Origin: Macrostomum lignano
Lineage: Eukaryota
DNA: 64,000 bases
Assembly (NCBI GenBank): GCA_002269645.1
Contig: NIVC01000103.1
Location: 1 to 64,000 of the forward strand
Direction of reading: 5' to 3'
A program made the translations under genes and the position numbers. The first letter of the stretch is position 1; each line of letters begins with the position of its first letter. The notes beneath the pieces are model-generated. The model did not search any database. It was not told the DNA's origin and saw only the letters and a program-made list of their open reading frames with translations. Below are positions 17,550 to 31,033 of the stretch, piece by piece.

Positions 17550-18540
17550 GCGGCACTCTGGTGGTGTCAGGAGTGAGGCATGGCCGCATGTGGCACTCTG
17601 GTGTGTCAGGAGTGAGGCTAGTGGCGGCACTCTGGTGGTGTCAGGAGTGAGGCTGGTGGCGGCACTCTGTGGTGTCAGGAGTGAGGCATGTGGAGGCACT
17701 CTGGTGGTGTCAGGAGTGAGGCATGTGGCGGCACTCTGGTGGTGTCAGGGGTGAGGCATGTGGCGGCACTCTGGTGGTGTCAGGAGTGGGGCATTTGTGG
17801 CGGCACTCTGGTGGTGTCAGGAGTGAGGCATATGTGGCGGCACTCTGGTGGTGTCAGGAGTGAGGCATATGTGGCGGCACTCTGGTGGTGTCATGAGTGA
17901 GGCATATGTGGCGGCACTCTGGTAGTGTCAGGAGTGAGGCATATGTGGTGGCACTCTGGTGGTGTCAGGAGTGAGGCATATGTGGCGGCACTCTGGTGGT
18001 GTCATGAGTGAGGCATATGTGGCGGCACTCTGGTGGTGTCATGAGTGAGGCATATGTGGTGGCACTCTGGTGGTGTCATGAGTGAGGCATATGTGGCGGC
18101 ACTCTGGTGGTGTCATGAGTGAGGCATATGTGGCGGCACTCTGGTGTGTCAGGAGTGAGGCATGTGGCGGCACTCTGTGGTGTCAGGGGTGAGGCATGTG
18201 GAGGCACTCTGGTGGTGTCAGGAGTGAGGCATGTGGCGGCACTCTGGTGTGTCAGGAGTGAGGCATGTGGCGGCACTCTGTGGTGTCAGGGGTGAGGCAT
18301 GTGGCGGCACTCTGGTGGTGTCATGAGTGAGGCATATGTGGCGGCACTCTGGTGGTGTCATGAGTGAGGCATATGAGGCGGCACTCTGGTGGTGTCAGGA
18401 GTGAGGCATGTGGCGGCACTCTGGTGGTGTCAGGGGTGAGGCATGTGGCGGCACTCTGGTGGTGTCAGGAGTGAGGCATGTGGCACTCTGGTTGTGTCAG
18501 GAGTGAGGCATGTGGCACTCTGGTTGTGTCAGGAGTGAGG
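17550..18540. repeat. ~32-34-bp minisatellite (GTGGCGGCACTCTGGTGGTGTCAGGAGTGAGGCAT)n
   Basis: ~29 tandem units. Confidence 0.95.
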
Positions 18541-18841
18541 CAGATAGCCGAAGGAGCCTGTCTATTATAATACCGCGCTACATATATAGCCGGAGTAGCC
18601 AATTGACAATATTTCCTAATCTAAGGTATAGTTAGATTAGGTTTAGATTTAGTTACTGAATATCTTGAATTATTTCAATCAATTAGTTCTAATTAGTTCT
18701 ACTAGAGTTACTTGTCCATTTTCCATCAAAATTTAACAACATTATTGCACAATACTATAGCATTTTCCAAGCCAAGCTGAGCCTGAGAGCAAGCCATCAA
18801 TCAATACTTATTGGCTTATGGAAGCAAGCCATTGAAAACTT

Positions 18842-19042
18842 GCTTTTCATTGTCTATGGCTATAAAGGGTGTCTGTGGAGCAGCCGATTTTGGAATGTTG
18901 GGCGCGCAATCAGTCTATTGAATCTATGGACATTTATCGGGACCTTGGATCCGTCCAGCTCTGCTTTTGAGAGGCACACGGGATTTGGGCCATAGACCCA
19001 TTCTGGGCCATAGACCCCCTTAGGCCATAGACAATGAAAAGC
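18842..19042. mobile_element. Small inverted-repeat element (probable MITE)
   Basis: GCTTTTCATTGTCTATGGC (18842-60) pairs perfectly with GCCATAGACAATGAAAAGC (19024-42); imperfect pairing extends outward. It shares the CCATAGAC motif with the 13906 element. Confidence 0.55.
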
Positions 19043-19217
19043 CAGACTTCAATAGCTTGATTCTTCCATTGAGGAATCAATTGCTCCCTTTCAAGCTATA
19101 AATTAACAATAACTCTTTAGATTGCATTAAATAACAAGGAATTAACAACTATAGAAGCAGTCAAAACTTGATCCACTGGGTCAGCGAACGATTGTAGGTC
19201 AATAAAAGTTCATCTCG

Positions 19218-20785
19218 CTATTTCCTCAGAGCTCCGGTGTATTCACGTTTCTTCTCCCTGGTGTAGGTGCTACCGTCCGCGCTGCGATAGCGCTCAACCA
19301 GGGTGACCACCTTCTTGAAGCCCTCGATTCTGGTGATCTTAGAGGCTTCAATCAGCACGTCCTCCGGGTGTTTGCCGCCGATTGTGGGCCTCGGGTCGTC
19401 GATTTTCTCCACGATTTCTTCTGCGATGGATATCAGCTGAGCCACCGTCAGTCCGTCTGTGCTCTACTCTCTACCTCAGAGTGTTCTACTCTCTAAATCT
19501 CAGTGTTCTACTCTCTACCTCAGAGTGCTCTACTCTCTACCTCTCAGTGTTCTACTCTCTACCTCAGAGTGCTCTACTCTCTACCTCTCAGTGTTCTACT
19601 CTCCCATATTCTACTCTGTACCTCTGTGTTCTACTTTCTACCTCTTAGTGTTTTTCTCTCTACCTTATCTACCTTCTCCTGGTCCTGACAGTGACACCCT
19701 ATCCGTTCCCTTTTAAATAGTACTTATTGTACTTTTGAAAATCTTTTTACCCACTTAACGAATCTAGCGAATCTTTCAACCCTATTCTACTTCAAGTAGG
19801 CTGTATCGAGAAATACGTAAATTTAATTCTAGTTAGCAAAAAACTCACGGCCATCTCCGCCAGCCTGTTTAGTAACAAAATCGGGCAGCTTTCCGTCCCT
19901 GGTAGGCAGGACATTGTCAGCGAACTGGCCAACACAGTTGCCGCCGGGGCTGTAGCGAGCCACGGCGTACACCTTGCCGGTCTTGGAGACGGCCTTGCCG
20001 GCGCCCATTTTAGTGGAGCTTTTCCACACTAGCTGGGAAAACGACAGCACTGGCGAGCCTTGGAAATTGGAACACGCGAGTTAGATCAGGTTCATTAGTG
20101 AGGCGTCATTTCATTTGAGGGGGCGCCATTTCATTTAAGGGGCGCCCGCGCTATTTGATTTGAAGGGCGCTATTTCATTCAAGGGGTGCCATTTTACTTG
20201 AGGGAGGGCGTCATTTTTTGACAGGGCGCCATTTTTTTGAGGGGGCGCCATGATACATCAAAGTTTATAAGAAAGTATACCCCAGATTCCCAGTTTAGAG
20301 TACATGTACGTACCTGGCTGCACAGGTGTACTACCACTGAAGTCATATTTTGCCACAGTCGCGTACCAGTAGTCAGTGAACTCTCCACCTGTGTGGGTAT
20401 TTAGGGGGTAAAAGTTCATGAAGAAAATTATAGAATATAGATGGTCGCAGTCACACTGGGAGAAAATCTTCACCACCCAGAAGATGCCAGACAATCGATA
20501 GATCTCGATAAGACAAAACAGTCAGCGGCAATAAGTGTATAATGCATCCATCATCATTAATTCACCTGGAAAGTCCTTCTTAACCGAACTAAACTTCATA
20601 GCCACATTCTCGCCCATCTCGCTACGGCAAGCCAGGTCGCTCTCAACGTCGTCCTTCTCAGCTAGCCTATCGGCCCATTTCTGGGCGGCCTCGGCCAGGG
20701 CCTGGTCAAACGTTAACGGAGGCGCCTGGTGCAAATCGCGGTATTTGTTGTGCGAATCCAGCATCTGTTTGTTGAAGTTGTTCAT
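19218..20785 (-). CDS. CAP/SCP-domain protein (GAPR-1/GLIPR2-like); exons 20785-20566, 20388-20314, 20058-19849, 19456-19218
   Basis: LDSHNKYRDLHQAPPL...AQKWA...GENVA, DYWY, SQLVWKSSTKMGAG...VARYSPGGN. GT-AG junctions with consistent phase were checked by eye. Confidence 0.88.
19460..19680. repeat. Intronic degenerate minisatellite (CTCTACTCTCTACCTCAGAGTG)n
   Basis: Tandem ~22-bp units. Confidence 0.8.
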
Positions 20786-21653
20786 CTTTCTCGGAGTTGT
20801 GTACTTTCTGAGTTAATTAAACGGTTAGTAGTTGACGATTTAGTCACAGACAAGGTCGTGAAGTAATAAAAATGGATCAAAAGCGCTCTCTGGCCCTGTG
20901 GGGTAAAAATATATTTATATAGCTCGTATACTTCACTTGAATTCATGCCAAAATAGGCAGACAGAGAAAACTGAGCTTTCGTTCGTTTCAACCCCCTTTC
21001 CCCCCAGACTTGATTAAATGTACACTCCTGACCTGGCCGGGAGGGCAAAGACAGTGAATGTACGTACACTCCTGACTTGGGGAGGGAAAGATAGCGAGTG
21101 TACACCGAGGCGCGCGTCTACAGTCGGAAAAGTTAGGGGTGGTGGTGGGTTTGTCTGAAGGCCACAAGTACATACAAGGGAGATTAAAAAGACAGACAAG
21201 AAGGGTTGAAAGCGAATAAGAGCGGGCAGAGAAAAAGTGCTGGGGATAGCGCGGAACTGCTAGTTGGGGCAGCCAGTGAGTGTACAGAAAGGCCGTGTTA
21301 TTCACCAATGTGGGCGAATTATAACTGGTTGCTTGAGTGAATGAGTGGCCTTGCGCCCGCGACGCAATCCATATGAAGTGCGCATACACTGTTAAGACTT
21401 GACTCTCCCGGCATTAAACTCTCGGTGTTTATGTTTGCCAATCCATCCTGCTTGCAGCTTGGGGCACGTAACTTTTATATAGACACTTGTAGGTTGTAGC
21501 AATAATAAAATATATACGCATTCATTGTAGAGTCCACGCAACTTGAAATGGGAATGTAGCTAGCTAATCACTTGTCTTGCGGCTTGGGCTTGTGAGTTGT
21601 GACATGACATGGGTAAGCTTTTTTCGTACAGCAGAAAGTAATTCCAACAGAAT

Positions 21654-22365
21654 TTAGGGGTCATAATCCCGGGATCCCGGGATTTAGCGCTTTTTCTGGG
21701 ATCCCGGGATTCAATCCCGGAACGTTAATGCTATGTTTTTATAATGTCTGATATAATCGCAAGTAATTTTATCATAAAATGGCAGTTAGTTCAAATATGG
21801 AATATACACGTATACATGTCCATTCTCCGTTGCCCACTTTGTAAGGTCTTTAATGTTGTTTGAGTTGAGTCTTGTTTAAATCATTTAACGTTGAGATTTG
21901 ATTTTAAAGTTTGAACTCATAGGACACGTGAGTCCAGACTCCAGACTGACAAGTGACAACGTGAATGCCCATGCAGGCGGTAGTAGGTTGTGACTTGTGT
22001 TGTGACTGTGAGTCCTTGTGACGTTTTTGTGAGTGTGCCTTATGCCACGGGCCAACGACTCCACGACCACGTCCACGAGTCATGTGCCTTTGTTTTGTAA
22101 TGTGCATACTGCTAGTGCTACTACATAGTAGGTAATACATGTATATACATTTATTTTGCTTTGCGTAGTGTTTGCTTATTTTTACTTGCAACTTGCAGAT
22201 GTTCTCACGTTAGTCACGTGATAAAAAAGTAATTCGCAGCGTTGTTATAACATTATAACAATGTTACGACAAGGATGGTACTGGAAAAATATTAATCCCG
22301 GGATCCCGGGATTTGACGCTTCCTAATCCCGGGATAGACAGAATCCGGGATTTTGTGACCCCTAA
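21654..22365. mobile_element. hAT-like MITE with subterminal ATCCCGGGAT palindromes
   Basis: TIR TTAGGGGTCA.AATCCC / GGGATTTTGTGACCCCTAA; flanking direct repeat (A)ACAGAAT, a 7-8-bp TSD. Confidence 0.75.
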
Positions 22366-23211
22366 ACAGAATATATTATCTTAATGCGTATAAACTTAAC
22401 CAACAGTCAGAACGGATATCTCGTTTATCCTGATCGAATAGTGCAAGTTCCAAGAAAATCGGTTGAGCCGTTTTTTCTCTAATCGATCACATACCTACCT
22501 ATATGGAAGCAACTTTACCCTACATGTAGGTATGGCATATGCATGCATGCAATGATAAATAAGAAATATTGCAACAAACAGTGAATGTTGACTTGCAAAA
22601 TCAAGTAATATAATATAAATTAATAATGATAATTCTTCGTCTTCAAAATCTTTATTTTTGTGTACGATTCAAATTGTAAAATTTTCGCAGTTCAATTGGC
22701 AAATAATCTTGAATTGCTTTTTTACTTGTATTTCTGCGATTAACCAATATAGCTGGGTTAAAAAATTGCCGCAATTTCCAGTAGTAAAAAAACATGCCCA
22801 CCCCAAAAGAGAGTGAAAGTTTGATATGGCGCAGAAACCGCATTAAAATATTACTGTAGCTACTAACAGTAGGCGCAAAACAAAATAATTTCATTTGCTA
22901 CAAAAATCCCTGCTATACGATTTGGCATCCCCTATTTTGTTAGTTTGCGTCGCAAAATTTTCGTAACGATATTCATAGTTGAAGAAAACTGGCGCTAACA
23001 CATTTATTGGTAATAACATGATTGGAAATTTAAAATACTCCTACGATACAGAAAACAAATAGAATTCCAATCGAAGCACAAAACTTTATTATAACAAAAT
23101 AAATCCGGAGGTCGTTAATTCAAATTTACGGAATTACAGAGATCAAGTTCAACCAAATTAATATAATTTAATGATATTTAAAATTTTATTTGTTTCTCTC
23201 GATAATTCGTG

Positions 23212-24840
23212 TTAAACAGTGAAGAAAATCTTATTCCGATGCAGTATCCAGGCAACCAGAGTCCAGAAGCAGGCGCCCCACAGGTGCATGGGCAATAGGA
23301 AGGCGTGCGTGCCGGCCGGTTGCCAGCTGCTCGGCGGCAGCCAGGTGATTGGCAGGTAGTATTCCAACAATTCGTGCCCAACGTACACCAGGATGCTGTT
23401 GGTGCCCGGATAGTGAAATGGGCTGCCAGACCACAGCGGCTCGGCGAGTCTGGGATAATCGTTGATGAGGAACAGTGCGGCTAAGAGGATGAAAGCCAAG
23501 CCAGACAGGGCCAGGATGAAGGACAGAGACCACAGGTTCTTGTTGATCGGGATGGCTCCGGTGTCGCGGGACAGGCCGCTGAGACCCGCCGCGATCGAGC
23601 CCTGCATGCGGGGATCGGGTGGGAAAGTTGCCTGTTAGATTTGATTTATTACTTACCTAGTTAATCTGCTGGGAACTGGAGTCTACTCTGATTAATATAT
23701 AGCACTGAACCCAACTTACCTAGCTGGTGTACCGGAGCCACGTGACTACTTAATCTACCCAAATACTCTACCCAACCTACCCAGCTACTCTGCTTAACCT
23801 ACCCAGCTAATCTACCTAACCTACCTAGCTAATCTACCTAGCCTACCCAGCTTATCTACCTAGCCTACCCAGCTTATCTACCTAGCCTACCCAGCTTATG
23901 TCCCTATCAACCTACCCAGCTTATCTATCTAGTCTACCCAGCTTATGTCCCTATCAACCTACCCAGCTTATGTCCCTATCAACCTACCCAGCTTATGTCC
24001 CTATCAACCTACCCAGCTTATGTCCCTATCAACCTCCCAGCTTATGTCCCTATCAACCTCCCAGCTTATGTCCCTATCAACCTACCCAGCTTATCTACCT
24101 AGTCTACCCAGCTTATGTCCCTATCAACCTACTCAGCTTATCTACCCAACCTACCCAGCTTATCTGCCTAACCTACCCAGCTTATCTACCTAACCTACCC
24201 AGCTTATCTACCTAACCTACCCAGCTTATCTACCTAACCTACCCAACTTACCCTAGGGAACCCGAGCTCACCGTGACAATGCCCCAGAAGCACAGTCGCA
24301 CTACAATAGCCCTATAATCAGCGCCTTTGAAATGAGCAAAAATCCTTCCAGCCACGAAGCCCAGATAGCACATGAAGGTGGAGGTTAAGCAGCCCAGCAG
24401 GCCCTCGGGATCGTAGGGCACGTGAGTCAGATAGGTCCGCCTGCAGGTGGGATTCCGGTACATGTGCCAGTCACCGAACGCGAGCCGATCGATGTAGCCG
24501 GCGGCGCCGCCGGTGCAGTTGAAGCGGCTGCCGTTGGCCTGGATGCCGCCCGGGCCGAGGTAGCCGGTGGGGCAGCCGGGGACCGGCAGGAACAGGCTGA
24601 GCAGGGTGTGCGCTACCGGCATGGTCAGGAATATTGCCCAGTGGCCCAGCAGCTGGCCCTGCTCCTCCACTATGCGGCACGGCTGCGGCTGCGGGATGGT
24701 GGCCTAGCTGTTAGTGACAGACAGAGACAGGCAGACAGACAGACAGGCAGACAGACAGACAGGCAGACAGAGTGACAGACAGACAGACAGACAGACAGGC
24801 AGACAGACAGGCAGACAGACAGACAGGCAGACAGACAGAC

Positions 24841-24884
<44 letters not shown>

Positions 24885-24955
24885 CAGACAGACAGAGAGA
24901 GACAGACAGACACTAAGACAGACAGACAGACAGGCAGGCAGACAAACAGGCAGGC

Positions 24956-24988
<33 letters not shown>

Positions 24989-25075
24989 GGCAGACAGACA
25001 GACACAGACAGGCAGACAGACAGACAGACAGACAGACAGACAGGCAGGCAGACAGACAGACAGACACAGACAGGC

Positions 25076-25116
<41 letters not shown>

Positions 25117-25188
25117 GGCAGGCAGACAGACAGACAGACACAGACAGGCAGACAGACAGACAGGCAGGCAGACAGACAGACAGACAGG

Positions 25189-25223
<35 letters not shown>

Positions 25224-25225
25224 GC

Positions 25226-25258
<33 letters not shown>

Positions 25259-25391
25259 GGCAGGCAGACAGACAGACAGACACAGACAGGCAGACAGACA
25301 GACAGGCAGGCAGACAGACAGACAGACAGGCAGACAGACAGACAGACAGACAGACAGACAGGCAGACAGACAGACAGACAGACAGACAGGC

Positions 25392-25440
<49 letters not shown>

Positions 25441-28400
25441 GCCTCACCTCCGGCTGGCCGGCCCTGACCAGGGCGATCTCCACGGTAGCAACACAGAAAT
25501 AGGCGACAGCCAGGCGTTGCAGAACGCCAGGAATGCGCAGCTGATCGAGTGGGACGTCTGAAAATGTTTTTTTGGCGTAAATTCGTTTGACGTTTGATTT
25601 GTATTACAGATTGAGCTGCAGATTTCACAAGATTGCTCAGGATTTTTCAGTTTGGAAACTCGGATTGAAGTTTTGAAAGAGAGGCTCTGCTCAGTGCTCA
25701 CTTCGCGATGTCAGGCAGACTCCCAGCGCGAACAGGAGGGCGCTTCGGCGGCACACAGACAAGAAGGCGTCGCGCTTGCTGGCGCCGCGTCTCAGACTAC
25801 GGCGCAATGTGTAGCCTATGGCGGTGCCCATAATGAACACGAACCTGAATTGATCCGATTAAAAACTGTCTGTGCACTGCAACTGTCAGACCCTAGATCT
25901 CCGATCCCAGATCTCCGATCCCAGATCTCCGATCCCAGATCTCCGATCCCAGATCTCCGATCCCAGATCTCCGATCCCAGATCTCCGATCCCAGATCTCC
26001 GATCCCAGATCTCCGATCCCAGATCTCCGATCCCAGATCTCCGATCCCAGATCTCCGATCCCAGATCTCCGATCCCAGATCTCCGATCCCAGATCTCCGA
26101 TCCCAGATCTCCGATCCCAGATCTCCGATCCCAGATCTCCGATCCCAGATCTCCGATCCCAGATCTCCGATCCCAGATCTCCGATCCCAGATCTCCGATC
26201 CCAGATCTCCGATCCCAGATCTCCGATCCCAGATCTCCGATCCCAGATCTCCGATCCCAGATCTCCGATCCCAGATCTCCGATCCCAGATCTCCGATCCC
26301 AGATCTCCGATCCCAGATCTCCGATCCCAGATCTCCGATCCCAGATCTCCGATCCCAGATCTCCGATCCCAGATCTCCGATCCCAGATCTCCGATCCCAG
26401 ATCTCCGATCCCAGATCTCCGATCCCAGATCTCCGATCCCAGATCTCCGATCCCAGATCTCCGATCCCAGATCTCCGATCCCAGATCTCCGATCCCAGAT
26501 CTCCGATCCCAGATCTCCGATCCCAGATCTCCGATCCCAGATCTCCGATCCCAGATCTCCGATCCCAGATCTCCGATCCCAGATCTCCGATCCCAGATCT
26601 CCGATCCCAGATCTCCGATCCCAGATCTCCGATCCCAAATGTCAGTACCCGATGGGGACTAACCCCAGTTACTAACCAGGGAAAGACCAGGTCAGCCACA
26701 GTCAGCCCATTCCAGGTGCTATGCTGAAAGAACCAATACCCGCCGCCGCCGTAATTAACGAACACCATCACGACAAGGCACAGGCCGCGGAAAGTGTCAA
26801 GACAGCGGAGCCGGCCAGGCCGACGGCCGCCAGAATGAGCCGACTGGGAGGACTGCGGCTGCTGCTGGCTGCCCTGACCAGATGCCCGCTGGTACTGGCT
26901 GTGAATTGCCAGCGAGTCGGACTGGTTGATGTTGGCGTCAACGCTGCCCAGGTCTTGCTGGAATTCAAAAATGCTTGGGTGTCGTTTTAAAGGTTAAAAT
27001 GCCGCTTTGAAGCTGCCCGGGTGCCCGTAGGCGGAAAATAAGAGTCAGATGTCAGGAGTGAAAGGCATCAGGAAACCGAGGTATTAGAAATTCGAAGCGT
27101 CAGGAGTGCCAGAACTAGGGTGTCAGGAGTGCCAGAACTAGGGTGTCAGGAGTGCCAGAACTCGGGTGTCTGGAGTGCCAGAACTCGGGTGCCAGGAGTG
27201 CCAGAACTAGGGTGCCAGGAGTGCCAGAACTCGGGTGTCAGGAGTGCCAGAACTCGGGTGTCAGGAGTGCCAGAACTCGGGTGTCAGGAGTGCCAGAACT
27301 AGGGTGTCAGGAGTGCCAGAACTAGGGTGTCAGGAGTGCCAGAAATCGGGTGCCAGGAGTGCCAGAACTAGGGTGCCAGGAGTGCCAGAACTCGGGTGTC
27401 AGGAGTGCCAGAACTCGGGTGTCAGGAGTGCCAGAACTAGGGTGTCAGGAGTGCCAGAACTAGGGTGCCAGGAGTGCCAGAACTCGGGTGTCAGGAGTGC
27501 CAGAACTAGGGTGCCAGGAGTGCCAGAACTCGGGTGTCAGGAGTGCCAGAACTAGGGTGCCAGGAGTGTCATAAACTGGGTATCAGGAGTGCCAGAACTA
27601 GGGTGCCAGGAGTGCCAGAACTAGGGTGCCAGGAGTGCCAGAACTCGGGTGTCAGGAGTGCCAGAACTAGGGTGCCAGGAGTGCCAGAACTATATGGTAT
27701 TAACTTTACCTGAGCCACATACTCAACCTGCGAGCCGGCCTGCATACGACGCCAAAAATCGTACCTGAATATTAAAAAAATAGAAATGAGTAGCCCAACT
27801 GTACGTGTATACTAGAATATTAGATTGATTAAATTTAGCGGATACCACAGCAACTCACTCTCTGATGGTGTAGAAAGCAGCTCTTAGTAGGAAGAATAGC
27901 AGAATAACGCTGAGACAGATATAGAGTGCTGCAATGTTACACATTTTGCAAACTGTGAGTAGCTTATTGAATTGGTTCTATGCAAGGTTTGTTTAAGAAT
28001 CTTACGATTCTGTAGATTCGCATTTGAAATTACAAAAAATACTACAATTCGTACATCAAGACTTCTAGGATGCGTAGCTTAGGGTTTGGAATCTGGATCT
28101 CAGGATTTGGAATCTGGATCTTAGGGTTTGGAATCTGGATTTTAGGGTTTGGAATCTGGATCTTAGGGTTTGGAATTGGAATATAGATCTCAGGATTTGG
28201 AATCTGGATCTTAGGGTTTGGAATCAGGATCTTAGGGTTTGGAATCTGGATCTTAGGGTTTGGAATCTGGATCTTAGGGTTTGGAGTCTGGATCTTAGTG
28301 TATAGAGTCTGGATCTTAGGGTTTGGAGTCTGGATCTTAGGGTATGGAGTCTGGATCTTACGGTTTGGAGTCTGGATCTTACGGTTTGGAGTCTGGATCT

Positions 28401-29277
28401 TAGGGTTTGGAGTCTAGATCTTAGGGTTTGGAATTTGAATATACGAGCTAGATCTCGGGATTTGGAATTGGATCTTAGGGTTTAAAGTCTGGATCTTAGG
28501 GTTTGGAGTCTGGATCTTATGGTTTGGAATCTGGATGTAAGGGTTGGGAATTCGAATATTAGATTTTGGTGTCCTAGAATTTTAGACCCATAGTAGAATA
28601 AAAGTAGCAGTTAAAAAGTTTCGAATCTCACGAATCAGAAAGTCGGGCCCATCTGAACGGGTCACCAGCGCGCAGAGAGGGCTGAGCGGGTCGGGCCCCA
28701 GGTCTGAGTTGTTGCTTGGCCCAATATTCAACTCGTAGGAGCCAGACTCGTGGAAACGAAAGTCCTTACTGAAAAGTTGATATTTAAATTAGCAGTATAG
28801 GTTATGCATAGGCAGTTATTGAAGACCTATTAGAGCCAATTAAAGCATGTCTACATGGTGGTGGCCCAAGCTTTGGATATAATAACCAAAATTATGACAC
28901 TATACAGATTTTTACCTGCAGATAGTCCTATTGATGCCAGTTGTATTTACATAGGACACCATCAGCTGAGACATGAAGTTGGTTTGCACATCCAGTAGGC
29001 TGCTAGACATTGGTGACACCAGCCTTGTAAATAGCAGTGGGCAGTCATAACAGTCTGCAGTCTGATACCAGACTGACAGATTAACATTCAATGCATTGGA
29101 AATATTGAGGACTGCTGAGTCCATTTTGTCGTCAATGCTAGCTAGACCTAGCTTTGCACTTTCCAAGAGTTGCTTTGAGTCCAGCACAAAAGCAAATATA
29201 ACGATCAATATTGCAATTGCACTGCTGAAACCCAAAACATCTGGCATACAAATAGCATGAAATATAGTATCATGCAA
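23212..29277 (-). CDS. HGSNAT: Heparan-alpha-glucosaminide N-acetyltransferase, multi-exon
   Basis: KMDSAVLNI...[11 protein letters not shown]; [46 protein letters not shown]; [12 protein letters not shown]...[10 protein letters not shown]...YDPEGLLG; [11 protein letters not shown]...[12 protein letters not shown]. Not all exon boundaries were mapped. Confidence 0.92.
23760..24245. repeat. Intronic minisatellite (CCTACCCAGCTTATGTCCCTATCAA-type)
   Basis: Tandem 17-26-bp variant units. Confidence 0.9.
24714..25440. repeat. (GACA)n microsatellite
   Basis: GACA/GGCA tandem run. Confidence 0.97.
25895..26637. repeat. Perfect 14-bp tandem array (CCAGATCTCCGATC)n
   Basis: ~53 apparently identical units. 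Confidence 0.97.
27098..27692. repeat. 19-bp minisatellite (GGGTGTCAGGAGTGCCAGAACT-type)
   Basis: Tandem units with A/C and T/C variant positions. Confidence 0.95.
28078..28545. repeat. 21-bp minisatellite (TTAGGGTTTGGAATCTGGATC)n
   Basis: Tandem units, each with one TTAGGG. Confidence 0.9.
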
Positions 29278-29997
29278 TAAATTTAGGTAGCAAGGAATTG
29301 ATTAGTAAAATTAAAAATATTGCAATACATCTATGAATAGGATTATACAAACTTACCTAAATAAAAACAAGATAAATTAAGTCTATTAATTGTCACTAAA
29401 ATATAGAACTTTTTAATTAGACTATAGTCTAAGGTTCTAAAAAAAGTCAAAATTCCATTGGTACAAATATTGATAAGCAAGCTTCAGTAAACTCTAAAAC
29501 AAACATTATTGATCTAACTTTTTTGGACTAGATTATAATGTCTAATTGTTACATGTATATTTAAAACAATATCTATATAATTTTAACCATTTTATCATTA
29601 CTATTTTACTTTTTTCATTACACTATCATTTCAAAAAATAAATCAGTATTGTAGTTTAATAATATTAGTGTAATAGGCTTTATTTGTTTTCTTAGAAACT
29701 GCATTTTTAGTTTCCACCAATTTGATATATTGTATGAAATTAAAATATTTTGTACATTATAAATTTTATTGTATAATTTTGTTTTAAACAGCAGAGCAAA
29801 CTTTTAGTATAAATAGGAGCAAGTTGCAAGCCAAATTAAATAAAACTCAGTTTGATCATTTTTTTCTCAATCAATTGAGTTTTTAGTATCTTTCCAACTT
29901 ATTTTGAGTAGTAGATAATGGTATGGGAATAGCCCCAAAGATTAGGAGAATAAACTATTTAGAATAGGGCCTCTAGATTTAGAATCTAAGAAATTGC

Positions 29998-31033
29998 CTT
30001 AGAAGGCAAAATATCTACCACATGGCAGGAAGATCTACTAGAGTGTAAGCTATGACCCTCTGATCCCAATAACACCTGAACTGAGAGAAAAATCCCAATA
30101 TGAAAGAATTAATACATTAGATAAGACAAACTATAGTGCTATAGACTGCTTAGGATAATAGTACATTGCTACCACCTTTATATGATACACTACTAATACA
30201 AACTATATCATTAAAAATACATTGAGATATTACATTAGTTAGATCATTTTAGAAAACAGAATGATTAGACTTTTAACAACTTGGTAATAGCATTTAGGAT
30301 TAATAGCATTAAAGAAGTATATCTTCAGCAGCTTAGTAGCATCAGTAAGATAGTTTTAAAGGAAAAACTAATACCCTTTCCCCATTAGAATTACTAGGCC
30401 TAGGTCTAGCCACACTCCATAATACAACTCATAGTATTGGTAGGCATAGGCCTATGCCAGAATAAAAATTCTAGTTTTTTTATTCTATATCAATATATAA
30501 TTTGAAAATTTCAAAAAAGTTGCTTATACCTTAACTTTTTATAATATACTCTTTCAGCAACAAGAGAGCTTTACTTAACCAAAAAAAGCATTAGTCTTTA
30601 TCTAGAAAGTATTATTATTTGTTTCATTTTCATTTTTTGTAAGTTCCAATAAACTTTCACTAAAGCTTTTGTTTATTCTTAAAGTTTTCTTTAATATAAA
30701 ATAGCTTCACTATGTATACCATAGTATAGATCATGCTGGGTGCATTTCTAATTTCTAAACTAAAATTGAATCATTATAAATGCATACCACAAAATTAAGT
30801 GCATGCCAATACTCTAAAATCTAGACCAGTGTTGCAATGATAAATGACCTTTTTGCATTGTGTAAAGGACCATTCTTTTTGCCTAATAATTTGGTTGCTT
30901 ATTTTTGTTTTTTTGCCTATACTATTAATAGCACAAAATTGATATATATATATATATATATGAACGATCAGAGGGTCATAGCTTACACTCCAGTAGATCT
31001 TCCTGCCATGTGGTAGATATTCTGCCTTCTAAG
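29998..31033. repeat. 68-bp inverted repeat pair ~900 bp apart (possible non-autonomous DNA transposon)
   Basis: 29998-30065 (CTTAGAAGGC...CTCTGATC) is the reverse complement of 30966-31033, with 2 mismatches. Confidence 0.7.

Noticed and set aside
24704-26771. CLSV/TDRQ and [14 protein letters not shown] ORFs
   Set aside because: Artefacts of intronic (GACA)n and 14-bp arrays in HGSNAT.
28078-28545. Interstitial telomere
   Set aside because: TTAGGG is never tandem; it is one hexamer per 21-bp unit.
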